A stretch of 64,000 nt of DNA, from assembly GCF_009914755.1 (NCBI RefSeq), contig NC_060937.1. One strand, written 5' to 3'. A program made the translations under genes and the position numbers. Positions 42,630 through 57,650 of this stretch are shown one piece after another (within the stretch, counting starts at the first letter, position 1; the number at the start of each line of letters is the position of its first letter). The stretch comes from the human T2T-CHM13v2.0 reference genome, Homo sapiens. The notes under the pieces were generated by a model that saw nothing but the letters and a program-made list of their open reading frames with translations, did no database searches and was not told the origin of the DNA.

Positions 42630-43543
42630 CTAGGAAAAGTTAGTTTTCTTTCTCCAAGAGACTTGCCATCTGTTGACAGGCATTCACACCAGTTGGCATG
42701 AAAGATCACGGAACAGCTTTCCTGGTGGAGTTTGGATCCATGTATATCATTTACAGTTAATTAGAGGTGATTTCCCTGAACTTCTTGGGTAGTTTTGAGA
42801 CCAGATTGAGAGGAAGAGATTTTCGTTTCTTTGTGTTTGTGTAACCACATGAAACAGTTTGTCTCCTCCTGCCCATCCATCCCCTTTTTGCTGTAAGAAA
42901 ATAACTCCAGTCTTGTGCTACTAACTCTCCTGATAAAAATTATTGGCCTTTTGTTAGGCGAAACAAACTAAACCCATGGCCCAGATTCATGGATAATATT
43001 TTTGGGGTTAACTGCTTACAGAGATCTTTAAAAGTTATTATTATCCAGAGAAGAGATAGCAATAATAGTTAGGGACCATTTTGTAGCAGTTACCACTGTC
43101 CTAGAAATATCAGCACAGAATTATTGATTTTCTAATGAAAAGAAGAGTAAGGCATACAAGTAGTTGTAATGTGTGTAGTGCAGAGAATAAGGCTGATCCA
43201 TTTTCAGTAGGGAATGGGACTTCAGTTATTTTTCCAGGACTGATGATGAGTCTTTGATGAGTCATCCTTACTCTCAGCTGGTTACAGTCAAGTCAACAAA
43301 TATTTCCTGAGAAATACAGAGGAGCACTGAGACAAGTATGGATTTTACACCAAGGATTTCTTTGGGAATGAAGGTACGAGCTTTCTGGGCCCGTGGATCT
43401 CATTGCATTGTTTGGGAACATATGGATTGGATTTGTGATGTTAGTCATATTAGCAAGATACTCAGGTCAACAGAGTCAAGAAGTGTGTGTGTGTCTAAGT
43501 CACATAATAGAACAATAAATTCTTTTGGTTGTCTTTTATTTTA

Positions 43544-43744
43544 AACATAGTGAGACCTTTTATCTAACAAAAGCCAGGTGTGCCCATGTATGCTGGTGGT
43601 CCTAGCTACTCTGAAGGCTGAGGTGGGAGGATTGCTTGAGCTCAGGAGATTGAGGCTGTAGTGAGCTGTGATCACTCCACTGTACTTCAGCCTGGGCAAC
43701 AGAACAAGACTCTCTCTCAAAAAAGTAAAATAAAATAAAATAAA
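43544..43744 (+). mobile_element. 5'-truncated AluJ/FRAM
   Basis: ggtgggaggattgcttgagctcaggag...gaggctgtagtgagctgtgatc; (taaaa)n tail. Confidence 0.85.
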
Positions 43745-43864
43745 GCAGCAATTAGAGCATCCAAAGAGTGCCTCCAGATAGTCATGGTGAGAACAGGTCA
43801 GTCAGTTGGGAATTGATAACAACTGTGATGAAGGTGGCAACTGAGGTCAACTGCAGCAGTTTAA

Positions 43865-44244
43865 GCACTTTGGTAAACAATGCTTTAGATCCTATAGTTT
43901 GAGAACATTGCAGTAAAGTCAGTTAAGGGAAATAAATGAAATTGACCAGCGAGAAGATTGTTAAAATAATTGCCCTTGAGAGACAAAGAAGTCTATCTTC
44001 TGGAGGAGAAAGCTCTCTCCACAGAGTCAAATGTCTCCACTGAGACACTTCCCTGGTATGACTTCAGTTACCTGGAGGTGCTGCCTGTGGATGCTCTAAT
44101 CTTGGGGTGGCTCTTTCCAAACTCCTGCCTGTGCACTCATGCATTCTTGCAGAAACCCACAGTGGCAGGGATTCCTGTCCTGTGCCGCACGTGCCTGTGG
44201 AATTCTTGTCTCTGGGATTGTCAGGCTGTCACATTTGATAAATC
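43865..44244 (-). pseudogene. FN3-like exon remnant (B-C-E-F)
   Basis: Strong acceptor tttgtttctttttttccttttcaaatctag|; MSAQAGVWKEPPQ /fs/ LKSYQGSV...NYFNNLLAGQFHLFPLT. Confidence 0.55.
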
Positions 44245-44882
44245 CTAGATTTGAAAAGGAAAAAAAGAAACAAAACATTTACATCAAACCAATATGCAAC
44301 GGCCAGAGCTGAGAAGAAAAATGGTCCACCCCACTGGCCTTCTCTCTCTCTGCCCTCCTTTTCCTCCTCCTTCTCTTCTCTCTTTCAGCAAAACCTGGCA
44401 AATTCTTTCGAATTCAAAGCTGGAACAAGACTGCTTTCTCCCCAGCGCCTGCTCCTTAAGCCTTGGATGTTCGTGGCCCTACTGCACTGCTGAGCCTGGC
44501 AAAGGGAGAGGAGGTCACGCAGGACAAATTGAAGCAGTGAAGGGATATTTGGCACCAAATTTAGCAAGAAATCCTGCAATCCTGTGGGCCAGCTGAGTCC
44601 ATTACTGTGTAGGATACATCCACGTGGAGCCTTTCTATGGCCCTCAAGGACAACTGATGGAGCAGTGGCAGAATGCCATGTGGTCTTAGAAAAGGCTTTT
44701 AAATCTCTTGTTCTTATTTTCTAAAGCTCATGCACTTTTTATTTTATTTTTTTAATGCTGGAAAATTTTGCTATTGGCCTTCCATTACCTAATTAAAATG
44801 AGAACAGTGTGTGAGGAAACTAGTGTGTAAGAAAAAAGCTCCTCCGCTCTTGAGCAAGTTGCACTTCCAAGCCCTGTAAGAT

Positions 44883-44896
44883 GCTCCCCCTGGAGG
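44883..44896 (-). promoter_or_regulatory. CTCF-like motif
   Basis: CCTCCAGGGGGAGC compared with the CCASYAGRKGGCRS core. Confidence 0.4.
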
Positions 44897-45477
44897 GCGA
44901 CTCACACCCGAAGAGTACCCCTCCCGACTTTGGTGATTTCAAGCACTTCAGAAGGAGCAACATTTGGTATGTCAAAGAAAGGACGTGCGAGAAGGGGAGA
45001 ATTTTCCACAAAAGCACAGCTCGCTGCCAGAGAGCACACATGAGGCCTGAGCATTTGAGCAGAAACCACTCTCATATTTGAAAGAGCTGCAGCGAGGCAG
45101 AGAGAACTGGAGGAGAAGGCTGAAGAAGCCAATGTATTTTTCAGAATGTGGCAAAAGTTCTCTGTGGTAATCCTACCTGAGGCAAAAATATCAAAGCAGA
45201 TTTAGACCTCCTTATTATGTTAAGCCAAATATGACCTTCACCTTCCAAGAAAGAAATAGAAAAAAAGTGAAAAAAAATTGGGCAGGAAACTGAAATCCCA
45301 ATTTTTCATATGATCCAGTGTAGAGAACCTAAATCCTTTGTACTTTATATTCTCACTGTTTAAATGTAAATCGCATCATATATGGTCTGTGGGCTCTGTG
45401 ACGGTTAAGAACGTCAAGTCACAGTTCTGCCCTCCTTCCTCCACTCTGGAGGGTGAATGCGTTTTCTCTGGGGGCAG

Positions 45478-45491
45478 CCTCCAGGGGGTGC
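45478..45491 (+). promoter_or_regulatory. CTCF-like motif
   Basis: CCTCCAGGGGGTGC compared with the CCASYAGRKGGCRS core. Confidence 0.4.
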
Positions 45492-45984
45492 TCCACACCG
45501 GGAGGAGGGCTGAAGTATCTTGTTGTCTACTGAGGGCTTTCAGACTTAGGGACCTAGGCCACGTGGTTAGGGGACAGGACCAGAATGGGAATGAGCCCTT
45601 TCCTTTTTGTCTTTCTGTTGATAGTTCCATACTATTAAGAGAGATACTATTAGGGTTGTCTCTTTTCAGCTCCCCATCCGCATATTTGCCTACCTTTTTT
45701 GAGTTCCTGCAGTGCTGCCTTTCTCCAAGTCCATATCTTGGATCTTGTTGCATTTCCCTCAACCCTCCACCCAGTGGTGATGCTTCCCAGGCTGAGGTGT
45801 TGCTCGCCTTCACCTGTAGCTTGCATTGACTCCAGAGCCAGCCTGCCAGCCTGAAGGTCTTGAAGGTACCTCAAAGTCAGTATTTCCAAAATCAGGATTA
45901 TTCATGCATTTGCTTATCAACAACATGCTGTGTACCAGATCCAACCACTTAACACACTCAGTGATAAAGCAGCTTTAGCATCAT

Positions 45985-46190
45985 TTTAGGAGCATGGACT
46001 TTGGAGAAGGGAAGGCTGGGGCACATTTAAGCTGTATGAACTTAGGCGAGTTACAGAACTTCTCAAAACCTCATTTTTCCAACACAAAGGTTGGATAATA
46101 ACACTGTTGTCTTGAAGTGTCATTGCAAGAATAAAATGGGATGATGTTGTAAAGTATATAAACAATGCATGCTATATAATTGAGATCAAT
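45985..46190 (+). mobile_element. MIR
   Basis: ggagcatggactttggag...gctgtatgaacttaggcgagttac...cctcattttt. Confidence 0.65.
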
Positions 46191-46329
46191 AATATTAGTT
46201 GTTGTGAAAGAGATGTGTAAAATAAATATGGGAACACCTAACTATGTGTTAGTGCATCAGGGACAGCGTCATAGAGACAGAGCTGTTGAGGTCCTCCCTC
46301 AGAGACAAGAGGCAGCCAGCCAGGTAAGA

Positions 46330-47500
46330 AAGAAGGAAGGGTTTTCTATTCTTCTATTTGTGAAGGTATGAGGAGGCAGCATGAAATAGCACAGGCATTT
46401 GGTAAACATTAAGTAGTGTAATACTGAGAGTGAGACTTTGTGCGGATAAGTGAGGAGATAGGGAGGTAGAATGTACACAGGCATCACATCATCATGTACC
46501 TTTGTGTTAAGCTAAATAGTTTCAATTTTATCCTGGAAGCTATGGAGAGCAATTACAGGGCTTTAAGCATGGGAATGGCATGATCAGATTTATATTTTAG
46601 AAATAACACATTGGCAACTGTGTGGAGTAGGCACTGGAGTCATGCCAGGCTGGAGGCGGTGAAACTAGTTAGGAGGCAGTTGCAGTAATCCAGGCAAGAC
46701 TTGTTGAGGGCCTGGATTAAGGCAGTGACTTCGCAGATAGAGAGAATGGTGTGGATATGAGTGGATATTAAAGAGGTAGAATCTGTAGGACTTGGTAACT
46801 TTAGATGAGGGCTAAATGAGGAAAGAGAATCTGGGATGCCTGCCAAATTTCTGCTCTGGGCAAGTGGATGGATGAGTCCACGGTAGCATCACTCAGTGAG
46901 ATATGGAATACTGAAAGATGAAAACATCTTGACAACGGGCCCAGTTTGGGACCCAAGGAATTTTCTCTTAGATTAATTGAGGAGAGATGGCTAATAAGGT
47001 CTGGCCATTTCTTTTCTTTCAGAGGTAGGGAACCAACATCCAGGAGATGGTAAATGGAGTAGTGTGTTCAGATGAAGAGTTGTGTGTTGAGTGAGAAGAG
47101 CCAAGGCCAAGATCTGGGAAACATGGGCACTCAAAAGAAGGAGGATGTTGAACTAGTCGGTGACATAGCCTACACCAGCAAGCCATGGAACCCCAGAGAG
47201 AATCAGGAAAGATCGTTCAGTGTCACAGAAGGCAAAGGAGAGGCTGAGTCATGTAGTCAAAAGACACAGACCACATCAAGTTAGAGAAGAGAAAACTGAC
47301 CACTGGGTTGGAAACATGGAGGCCATTAGTGACCTTGGCAAGGGCAATTTTATGGGCACTGTGGGAGGAATGCCTGAACGTAGTGCGTTGAAAGAATGTG
47401 GGAAGTGAGAAAGGGTAGGTATCCAATATATTCTACTGCTTCAAGAAGCTTTGCAGTGAAAAAGGGAGAGGCGTAGAGAATGGAATTTAGAAAGGAATTT
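46330..47500 (-). mobile_element. L2 long fragment
   Basis: ttttatcctggaagctatggagagc...ggcatgatcagattt...ttaggaggcagttgcagtaatccaggcaaga...ggccattagtgaccttggca. Confidence 0.85.
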
Positions 47501-47577
47501 GAATTTGAAGAAATTCAAATTTGCTTTCTTTTTACTTTCAATTTATTTATTTTTGGAGTAGAAATGTGGGAGAACAC

Positions 47578-47586
47578 TGTGTGTGT

Positions 47587-47620
<34 letters not shown>
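47578..47620. repeat. (TG)n microsatellite with CG interruptions
   Basis: Read directly from the sequence. Confidence 0.9.
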
Positions 47621-47929
47621 TGTAGGGAAAATCCAGTAGAAGTAGAAATATTGAAATAAGCGATGGGATGCAGCCCTTGAGGATGTGTGAAGGGGAGGGT
47701 CACAGAGCATGAGTGATGGCAGGGCCCAGCTAGAAAGGTCACCTCCGTGAGACAAAAGAGAGTGAGGAAAGACCAGTGCAGGCATAAATATGTTTTGTTT
47801 TAATGATGGGAGAAAAGAGTTCTTTCTTGATACATTATATTTGTTTCTGTTAGGCAGGAGCAAGTTGATTTGTTGAGAATATGTAGCAAGGAGGCTTGAG
47901 GATGGAAATAACATTTAAAGTAGAGGAAA

Positions 47930-48130
47930 GAGCTAACATGCATTGTGTGCTTACTGTGTTCCGATCGGAATTTACTTGAAAGGTATTGACTTTTTTAATC
48001 CTCAAAATCACCCTATAAGTCAGGTAAAATTAGCACCCTCATTTTACAGATGAGGAAACTGAGGCACAGATATTAACTGTCTTGACAGAGGGGAGCTGGA
48101 ACCCAAAGTTTTGCCTCCATGACCCATTCT
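47930..48130 (-). mobile_element. MIR
   Basis: tttaatcctcaaaatcaccct...cattttacagatgaggaaactgaggcacaga. Confidence 0.85.
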
Positions 48131-48454
48131 TTTATGCATTTATACATCCGTGGAGCACCAAATTTGGAAGTACTACCACTGATTGAAATAATAGACCATG
48201 AAGTCCAATCTTTAAAGGAAAGAAAATTAAAACTCAAAAAGGTAACAGTGGCTTCAGATATTCTTTCACGATGTGAAGGAGTCTGGGATGGGCATCTTCA
48301 GAGAGTATCTGTGACCTGGAATGTGGCTGTGGCAAGACTTAAGAGTAATGAACCAGATCAGAAACAAACAAACCCTGGAGGGGTTGCTGAAGGGAAGTGG
48401 AGTCAGACAAGTGAAACTACTCTAAGGTTAAGGTGTTGGCTGGATTGACCACTT

Positions 48455-50550
48455 ATATTTTAGCTTTACTGAGATATAATTGGTGTACAATAAACAGCAT
48501 GTATTAAAGTGTAAAATTTGATAGCTTTCAACATAGTATATTTCATGACGCAATCACTACAATCAGGATAATGAACCTAACCATCACCCTCAAAAGTTTC
48601 CTCACACCTCTTTGCAATCCCCCCTCACTCTTTCCCATTTCACTCTGCCCACCCCGTGCCCAAGGAAACACTGTTTTAGTTCATTCTGGTTGCTATAACA
48701 AACTACCATAAAGAAGTTTGTTTATAAACAACAGAAATTTATTTCTCACAGTTCTGGGGGCTGGGAAGTCCAAGACCAAGGGGCAGGCAGATTAGGTGTT
48801 TGGTGAGGATCTGCTTCCTGGCTCATAGATGGCAGTCTTCTCTTTGTAGCCTCACAGGGTGGAGAGAGGAGGCAAGCTCTCTCAGGAATCTTATTAAGGA
48901 CACTAATCCCATTCCTGAGGGCTCAATCCTCATGACCTTTGCTAACTCTAATTACTTCTTAAAGACTTTACCTCCCCACACCGTCACCTTGGGAGTACAG
49001 ATTTCAACACATGAGCTTTTTGAAGGGAAACACACTTTCAGACCATAGCACTGATCTGCTTTCTGTCACTATAGGTTAATTTGCATTTTCTAGAATTTTA
49101 CAAAAGTTAAATCATACCACATGTTTTTTTTTTTTTTTTTGGTTGTCATTGATTTTTTCACTTGCCATAATTATTTTGAGTTATTCACATTGTTGCAAGT
49201 ATCAATAGTTAATTCGTTTTTACTACTGAGTAATATCCATTGTTTGGTTATGCCACAATTTTGTAATCTATTCATCTGTTAATAAACCTGAGGGTTGTTT
49301 CCAGTTTTGGGTTATTACAAATAGAGCTTCTGTGAATATCTACATATGAGTCCTTGTGTAGAGAAATGCCTTCATTTCTCTTGGATAAATACCTAGGAGT
49401 TGATTGGCTAAGTCACATGGTAGCTATACACTTCACTTAGTAAGAAATGACCAGATTGACTTCCAAGGTCATAGTGTATTGTATCATTTTACCTTCCCAA
49501 GAGAATTGTATAAGAGTTCTAGTTGCTCTATATCCTCTCTGAAACATGATACAGCCAATCTTTTTAATTTTATTAATTATAGTTAGTGTGTAATAACATC
49601 TCATTGTAATTTAGTTAGCATTTCCCTAGTGACTAGTGCCATTCAGCATGCTTTAATATGGTTTTTGATATCTGTATTTTTTTGGTAAAGTATCTAAACA
49701 TTTTTTTGTTATTGTTGACTTATCTCCTTTTTTATTAAGTATCAGTTCTTCATAAATCTTTTGTACAAAGTCCTTTGCCAGATATATGATTTGCAAATAT
49801 TTTCACCCATTCTGTGGCATTTTTTTTCATATTCTTATGCAGTTAATGTTTTTGGAAGAATAAGAGTATTTAATTTGGATGAAGTTCAATTTATGGATTT
49901 TTATCTTATACCTTTTGATTTTTGGTCCTCTTTAGAACATATTTGCCAAACCCAAGGACATTAACATTTTTCTCTTAAGATTCATTTGTATATTTTGTAA
50001 GGTTACATTTTTTTCTTTGCATATGGCTATTCACCTTACAGCACAATTTTGTTGAAAAGATTATCCTTCCCTCATTGAAATGCTTTAAGGACTTTGTTGT
50101 AAGTTAGTTGATCATATGTATAGGAGTCTATTTCTGGACCCTCTATACATTGCCATTGATGTATTTGTCCACCTTTATGCCAGAACCACATTGTCATGAT
50201 TATTGTAGTTTTATAATAAGCCTTCAAACCACGTAAGTGCTGTAACTTTGTTCTTTTTCAAAGTAGTTTTGACTATTCTAGGTCACTCACATTTTTATAT
50301 AAATTTTAGAATCAGCTTACCAATTTCTGTAAAATCCTGCTGGAATTTCAATTGGAAAAGCCTTGAATCTATGGCTCCATTTGGGGGTGATTGGGTCTTA
50401 AGAATTGGGTCTTAACCTTGAAATGTGTATTTCTCTATTTATTTAGGTCTTGAATTTCTCTCATCAATGTTTTGCAGTTTTTAATGAGCATATCTCGCTC
50501 ATCTTTTGTCAAATTTATTACTGAACACTGTATTTTTGGCCCTATAATCA
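48455..50550 (-). mobile_element. L1ME1/L1MB-type fragment, interrupted by a MaLR LTR
   Basis: agctttactgagatataattgg...ctgatctgctttctgtcactatagg...aaattttagaatcagctt. Confidence 0.8.
48672..49050 (-). mobile_element. MLT1A/MSTD-type MaLR solo LTR
   Basis: tgttttagt...acagaaatttatttctcacagttctgg...cagaccatagca. Confidence 0.85.
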
Positions 50551-51197
50551 ATTATTTTTAATAACATTTTATTTTAGAACACTTTTAGTTTTGCAGAAAT
50601 TTGAGCAGATAGTTCAGATATCAAATAATCACCTTTCATACACACTTTATCCTGTTACTAACATCTTACATTAATGTGGTGCATTGAAGAACCAGTATTG
50701 CTCCGTAATTATTAACTGAAGTCTATAGTTTATTTAGAGTTCTTCAGGTTTTTCCTGATGTCCTTTTTTCTGTTTTAGGTCCCTTCCAGAATACCACAAT
50801 ACATTTAGTTATCATGTTTCCTTAAACTCTGCTTGGCTATAACATTGCTCAGACTTTTCTTACTTTGAGGATCTTGACGGTTTTGAGTCGTAATGATCAG
50901 GTATATTGTGGGATGCCCTCTATTGTAATTTGTATTATGTTTTTCTCATGTTTAGACTAGGGCTATGTGTTTGAGGAAGAAGGTCACAGGAACAAAGAGC
51001 CATTTTCATTATATTAAGAGTACATGCTATCAACATGATTTATGAATGATGATGTTGATCTTGATACCTGGTTGAAGTAGTGTTTGTCAGGTTTCTCCAC
51101 TGTAAAGTTAGTGTTTTATTCCCCCTTTTCATATTGTACTCTTTGGTAAAAAGTCACTATGCACAACATACCATTACAGAGTGGGAAAGTTATGTTC

Positions 51198-51742
51198 CGT
51201 GTTAGAGGGACAGAACTAATAGGATATGTGTGTGTGTGTGTGTGTATACATGCATATACACCCTGTATATAGACACACACACACATATACACCCTATATA
51301 TACACCCTATATATACATCTCATACATACATCATATATATTTATGTATGTATGTAAATGGGAGTTTATTAAGGAGCCTTACACGATCACAGGATCCCACA
51401 ATAGGCTGTCTGCAGCCTGAGGAACAAGGAAGCCAGTCCGCGTCCCAAAGCTACAGAACTTGGAGTCTGATGTTCGAGGGCAGGAAGCATCCAGCTCGGG
51501 AGAAAGATGTAGACTGGGAGGCTAGGCCAGTCTAATCTCTCCACGTTCTTCTGCCTGCTTTTATTCTGGCTATGTTGGCAGCTAATTAGGTTGTGCCCGC
51601 CCAGATTGAGGGTGGGTCTGCCTTTCCCAGTCCACTGATTCAAATATGAATCTCTTTTGGCAACACCCTCACAGACACACCCAGGAACAATACTTTGCAT
51701 CCTTCAATCCAATCACGTTGACCCTCAGTATTAACCATCACA
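51198..51742 (-). mobile_element. MLT2A (HERV-L) solo LTR with internal TG/TA/CA repeat
   Basis: Ends ...ccttcaatccaatcacgttgaccctcagtattaaccatcaca; TSD tgttc/tattc. Confidence 0.92.
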
Positions 51743-52720
51743 TATTCCTTCTCTTTTAGGGTGAAGAATACATATGATTTATTTAAAATTCTTCTGCAGG
51801 GGAGATTTGTCTCTTCTCCATTTATGGATGTGTTCATTTATTTATTTATACCAGTAAAGGCTCAAGGGTATTAATTTTAGTCTTTGGATTACAATCCAAT
51901 ACTAATTAATTTATTTCATTGGTCAAATTATTCCAACTTTCATCATCAGGAACCCTTACAGTTGGCTTCTATGCCTCCTTTGACATACCCCTATCAATCA
52001 ACGTGTGGTGTGTGCATTTTTTTTTTAGTACTTTCTTACTTTCTGATATTATAAGATGCCTCCGGCTCACCTAGTGTATTCTCTGCTGCAGTCCTAGATT
52101 CATCCATTTTCTCCAAGGGGTCCTGGTCCCTTGGAATTAGAAACCAAGATTTTGGCACAAGATACATTTGTTGCTACTGGATTTCATTTCTTTTAGGCCA
52201 TCTCAACTGACAGAGCAAAGAAATGTGTGTATATATGCTAATCCATGTATAGACATGTCTGCAAATATTCCTACATATAACTATCAACATCAAGCTAGAC
52301 ATGAGTTCATACTGATATCCCCAAATCTAATCCATTACCACACCCTTCTCCCCATGCTCATCTGTAAATTCTCACTACAACAGAGAGATACCTGACTCCT
52401 ACTATCCACCATCTATTTACTTAATTTATCAATTACAGTATACATGAGTAGCATTATCAGAATCATTAACCCCTCGCCCCATGGGGAGCAACTCTGTCAA
52501 CTACAATACAATTGCTTATATGCAGCACCTTTTGCCTTCAGTACTACAGATTCCATTCATTTCCAGAGGTATTGGTTCAGCCCCTTGCCCCCACTCCCTT
52601 CATTTAGATTGTCTCACACATTTGTAATACAGTTAGACTCTCTAGTCAGTCTGCGTTCTTTCCTTGGATGCCCTAACTCCCTAAATTATTTTTTTAATTC
52701 GCTTACCTTAAGATGCACTC

Positions 52721-53243
52721 TTTTAAAACTTTTATTATTTTATTTTATTTTTCCATAAGTTATTGGGGTACAGGTGGTATTTGGTTACATAAGTAAGTTC
52801 TTTAGTCGTGATTTGTGAGATTGTGGTGTACCCATCACCCAAGCGGTACACACTGCACCATATTTGTAGTCTTTTATCCCTTGCCCCCTTCCAACTCTTC
52901 CCCCCAAGTCTCCAAAGTTCATTGTATCATTCTTAGGCCTTTGCATCCTCATATCAATGAGAACATATGATGTTTGGTTTTCCATTCCTGAGTTACTTCA
53001 CTTAGAATAATAGTCTCCAATCTCATCCAACACTGCAAATATTGTTAACTCATTCCTTTTTATGGCTGAGTATATCATGTATATATCACAGTTTCTTTAT
53101 CCGCTCATTGATTGATGAGCATTGGGTTGGTACCACGATTTTGCAATTGTGAATTGTACTGCTATAAACATGCATGTGCAAGCATCTTTTTCAAATAATG
53201 ACTTCTTTTCCTATGGGTGGATATCTAGTAGTGGGATTGTTGG
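52721..53243 (-). mobile_element. L1PB1-like 3' end
   Basis: tttccataagttattggggtacaggtggtatttggttacat...; ctctt duplicated at the junctions. Confidence 0.85.
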
Positions 53244-54108
53244 CTCTTGTGTTGTAAAGTTCTATGGATTTTAACAAATACCTAATGTCATATATGCACA
53301 ACTGTAGTATCATAGAGAATAGTTTCACTGCCCTAAAAATACCTTGTATTTCACCTATGCTTTCTCTCCACGCTCCCTGACGACCACTGATGGTTTTACT
53401 CTTTCTATGGTCTTGTCTTCCAGAATTGGATAATTGGAATCATGCAGAATGTAGCCTTTTTGGAGTGGCTTCTTTCACCTACCAATATGCAGTTAAGTTT
53501 CTTCCGTGTCTTTTTATGGCTTCACAGCTCATTTCTTCTTATCATTGAATAATATTCTATTGTATAAATACACTAGTTTGTTTACCTACTCACTCACTGA
53601 AGGACATCTTGGTTGTTTCCAGTTTTGGGTAATTATGAATAAACCTGCCATAAATATTTCTGTATAGGATTTGTGTGTGAGGGGAGTACCTAAGTTTTCC
53701 ACTCAGTTGGGTAAATACCTAAGTACATGATTGCTTTGTTGTGTGGTAAGACTATTTTAGCATTGTAAGAAATTCGAACTGCACTATTTTGCATTCCTAC
53801 CAGCCGTGAATGAGAGTTCCTATTGCCTTGCATCCTCCTCAGCATTTGGAATCATCATTTTTTTCTTTTTTTTTTTTTTTTGGATTTTAACCATTCTAAT
53901 AGGTGTGTGGTGATATCTTATTAATAATTTAATTTGCAATTTCACAATGACGAATGATGTTGATCATCTTTTAATATGCTTTGACATTTGTGTGTCTTTT
54001 CTAGTGAGGTCATTGTTTAAATCTTTTGCCCGTTTTTAACTGGATTGTTTATTTTCTTATTGTCAAGTTTTAGGAGATCTCTGTGTATTTTGGATACAGG
54101 TACATTAT

Positions 54109-56000
<1,892 letters not shown>

Positions 56001-56929
56001 TCACCACTGTAAGCATTCGAGAGCAGAATCATTTGTTTTTTTTTGAATTATTTCTCTCTCTTTATAATTGTAGTCCCCAAGGTGTTGCTATTTAATGATA
56101 GTTAGTTATTCTCATTATTCTTTCCATAGCTAATGCTTAGTTCTCTGCTTGACACATGTATGTATTCATAATTGTTTGATGAAAGCAACAAAAATTAATT
56201 CCAGGCACAGCATGTTTTGAAGCCAACCAGCAGAATGCTGAAATATTTTAGTGATATAAAGCTAGTGCTGATGGTGACACATAGAAAGGAATCCCCATTT
56301 ATTTGTGGTGTTATTTTAAATTAATAAGCTGGTAGGCTTTATTAGTAATGCAGCTACAGATTTCTGACCTCTGGACCCCTCAGGACGAGGAAGGGCAGAG
56401 AAGGTAGATTTGGAACTTTATCACTTGTCTGGGCCACCAGAAATATGGATTAGATGTGTGTATTGCTCCATAAACATGCTGACATAGTGCAAGACTTTTG
56501 GGTTGCTTCAACAACCCTGTCTTGGCTCTGAGGTCAGATTCTCCTATCCCATTTCCAGCCTGTCCTTTCCTATCTCAGGGAGGAGGAGTAAAACAGGAAA
56601 ATGTGTTTTGTGTAATTGTTGGAGGTTTAAGAGGTCTAAAATGAGTAGCACCATCTTGAGTCTGTAAAATCAATCAGAGCAGGAATAATGAGCAAAAAAA
56701 TCTTTTCAACAAAGTTTCAATGAAATCATAACAAGAAAGAAGTGACCATTTAGGCCTCCTTCAGTCTTCTTTATATTATGAGTCAGAAATTCAGGAGGAC
56801 TTCCAAATGTTCCTACTCTTAAAAAATGAAGACGCCTGTTGTAAAACACTTAACCTAATCAAGGATCACAACCATGTTTCTAGGGCATTCCTGATTGTCT
56901 TTGTGATCCTTTGAAATGTTGTTATTGAG

Positions 56930-57156
56930 AATGTTTTACAGCCATGAATGAATCATGGAAAAAGCCTCTCAAAGTCAAGCTTGAGCACTCCTGGGCTATC
57001 ATGAACATTTATCAGCTTTTTTGGTGGGAACTTTCTCTCCAGTGTAGTAGAACAGTCCTGAGAACCCGGTCTGCTAATTGCATTGAATTGCTTGAACAGG
57101 CTATTTCTTTCTTAAGAAATCACTACCCTTGCTGGAATGAACCAGGCTGTTTCTTC
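56930..57156 (-). pseudogene. FN3-like exon remnant (A-B-C)
   Basis: taaacttttcag|; SNSMQLADRVLRTVLLHWRESSHQKS**MFMI. Confidence 0.4.
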
Positions 57157-57329
57157 CTGAAAAGTTTACTGTTGTCTTCTTACCCTGGTTCTCTCCTGCC
57201 CTCTTTGGGTAAACCTACATTCTAACCTTATTTATTGGTATTCTCTCTTTAAAACTTCAGATGTGCATAATTACTTTCAAAGACAATAGTATCGAATTTT
57301 TTTGCAAGTACTTTTACTTTTGATTACTT

Positions 57330-57650
57330 CAACATTCCCATGAGATAAAGGTCAAAAAATTTAAGCATCACAAGATGATAGCTAAGGTCACACATTTGTA
57401 GAGGTGGAACCCAGGCTTCTGTCTCCTAAACCAGGATCACTCCACTGGACTACACGGTATTGAGCACTTGCTACGGACTTTGCATATATTAACTCATAAT
57501 TTTGAAACGTTATTTAATGCCAGTTTTACATATGAGGGGACTGAGGCTTAGAGAGATAAAGCCATGCTCTCCAAATGATACAGTAATAAATCCCAAAGCT
57601 GGTTAATATTTGGATGTGATTGAGTCCAACCTTTGAGCCATGCTCTAACA
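57330..57650 (-). mobile_element. MIR fragments
   Basis: ctaaggtcacac...gaacccagg; cagttttacatatgagggactgaggcttagagag. Confidence 0.65.

Larger units (their letters stand above)
50555..54108 (-). mobile_element. L1MC-type element with long 3' UTR, host of MLT2A and L1PB
   Basis: attattaactgaagtctatagtttattt, ttagaaaccaagatttt, cactctt|gtgttgtaaagttctatgg. Confidence 0.75.

Noticed and set aside
45338-45889. Longest non-L1 ORFs (163 and 145 aa, overlapping on opposite strands)
   Set aside because: No recognisable domain, non-ATG starts, partial overlap with L2-like sequence; expected by chance in a GC-richer patch.
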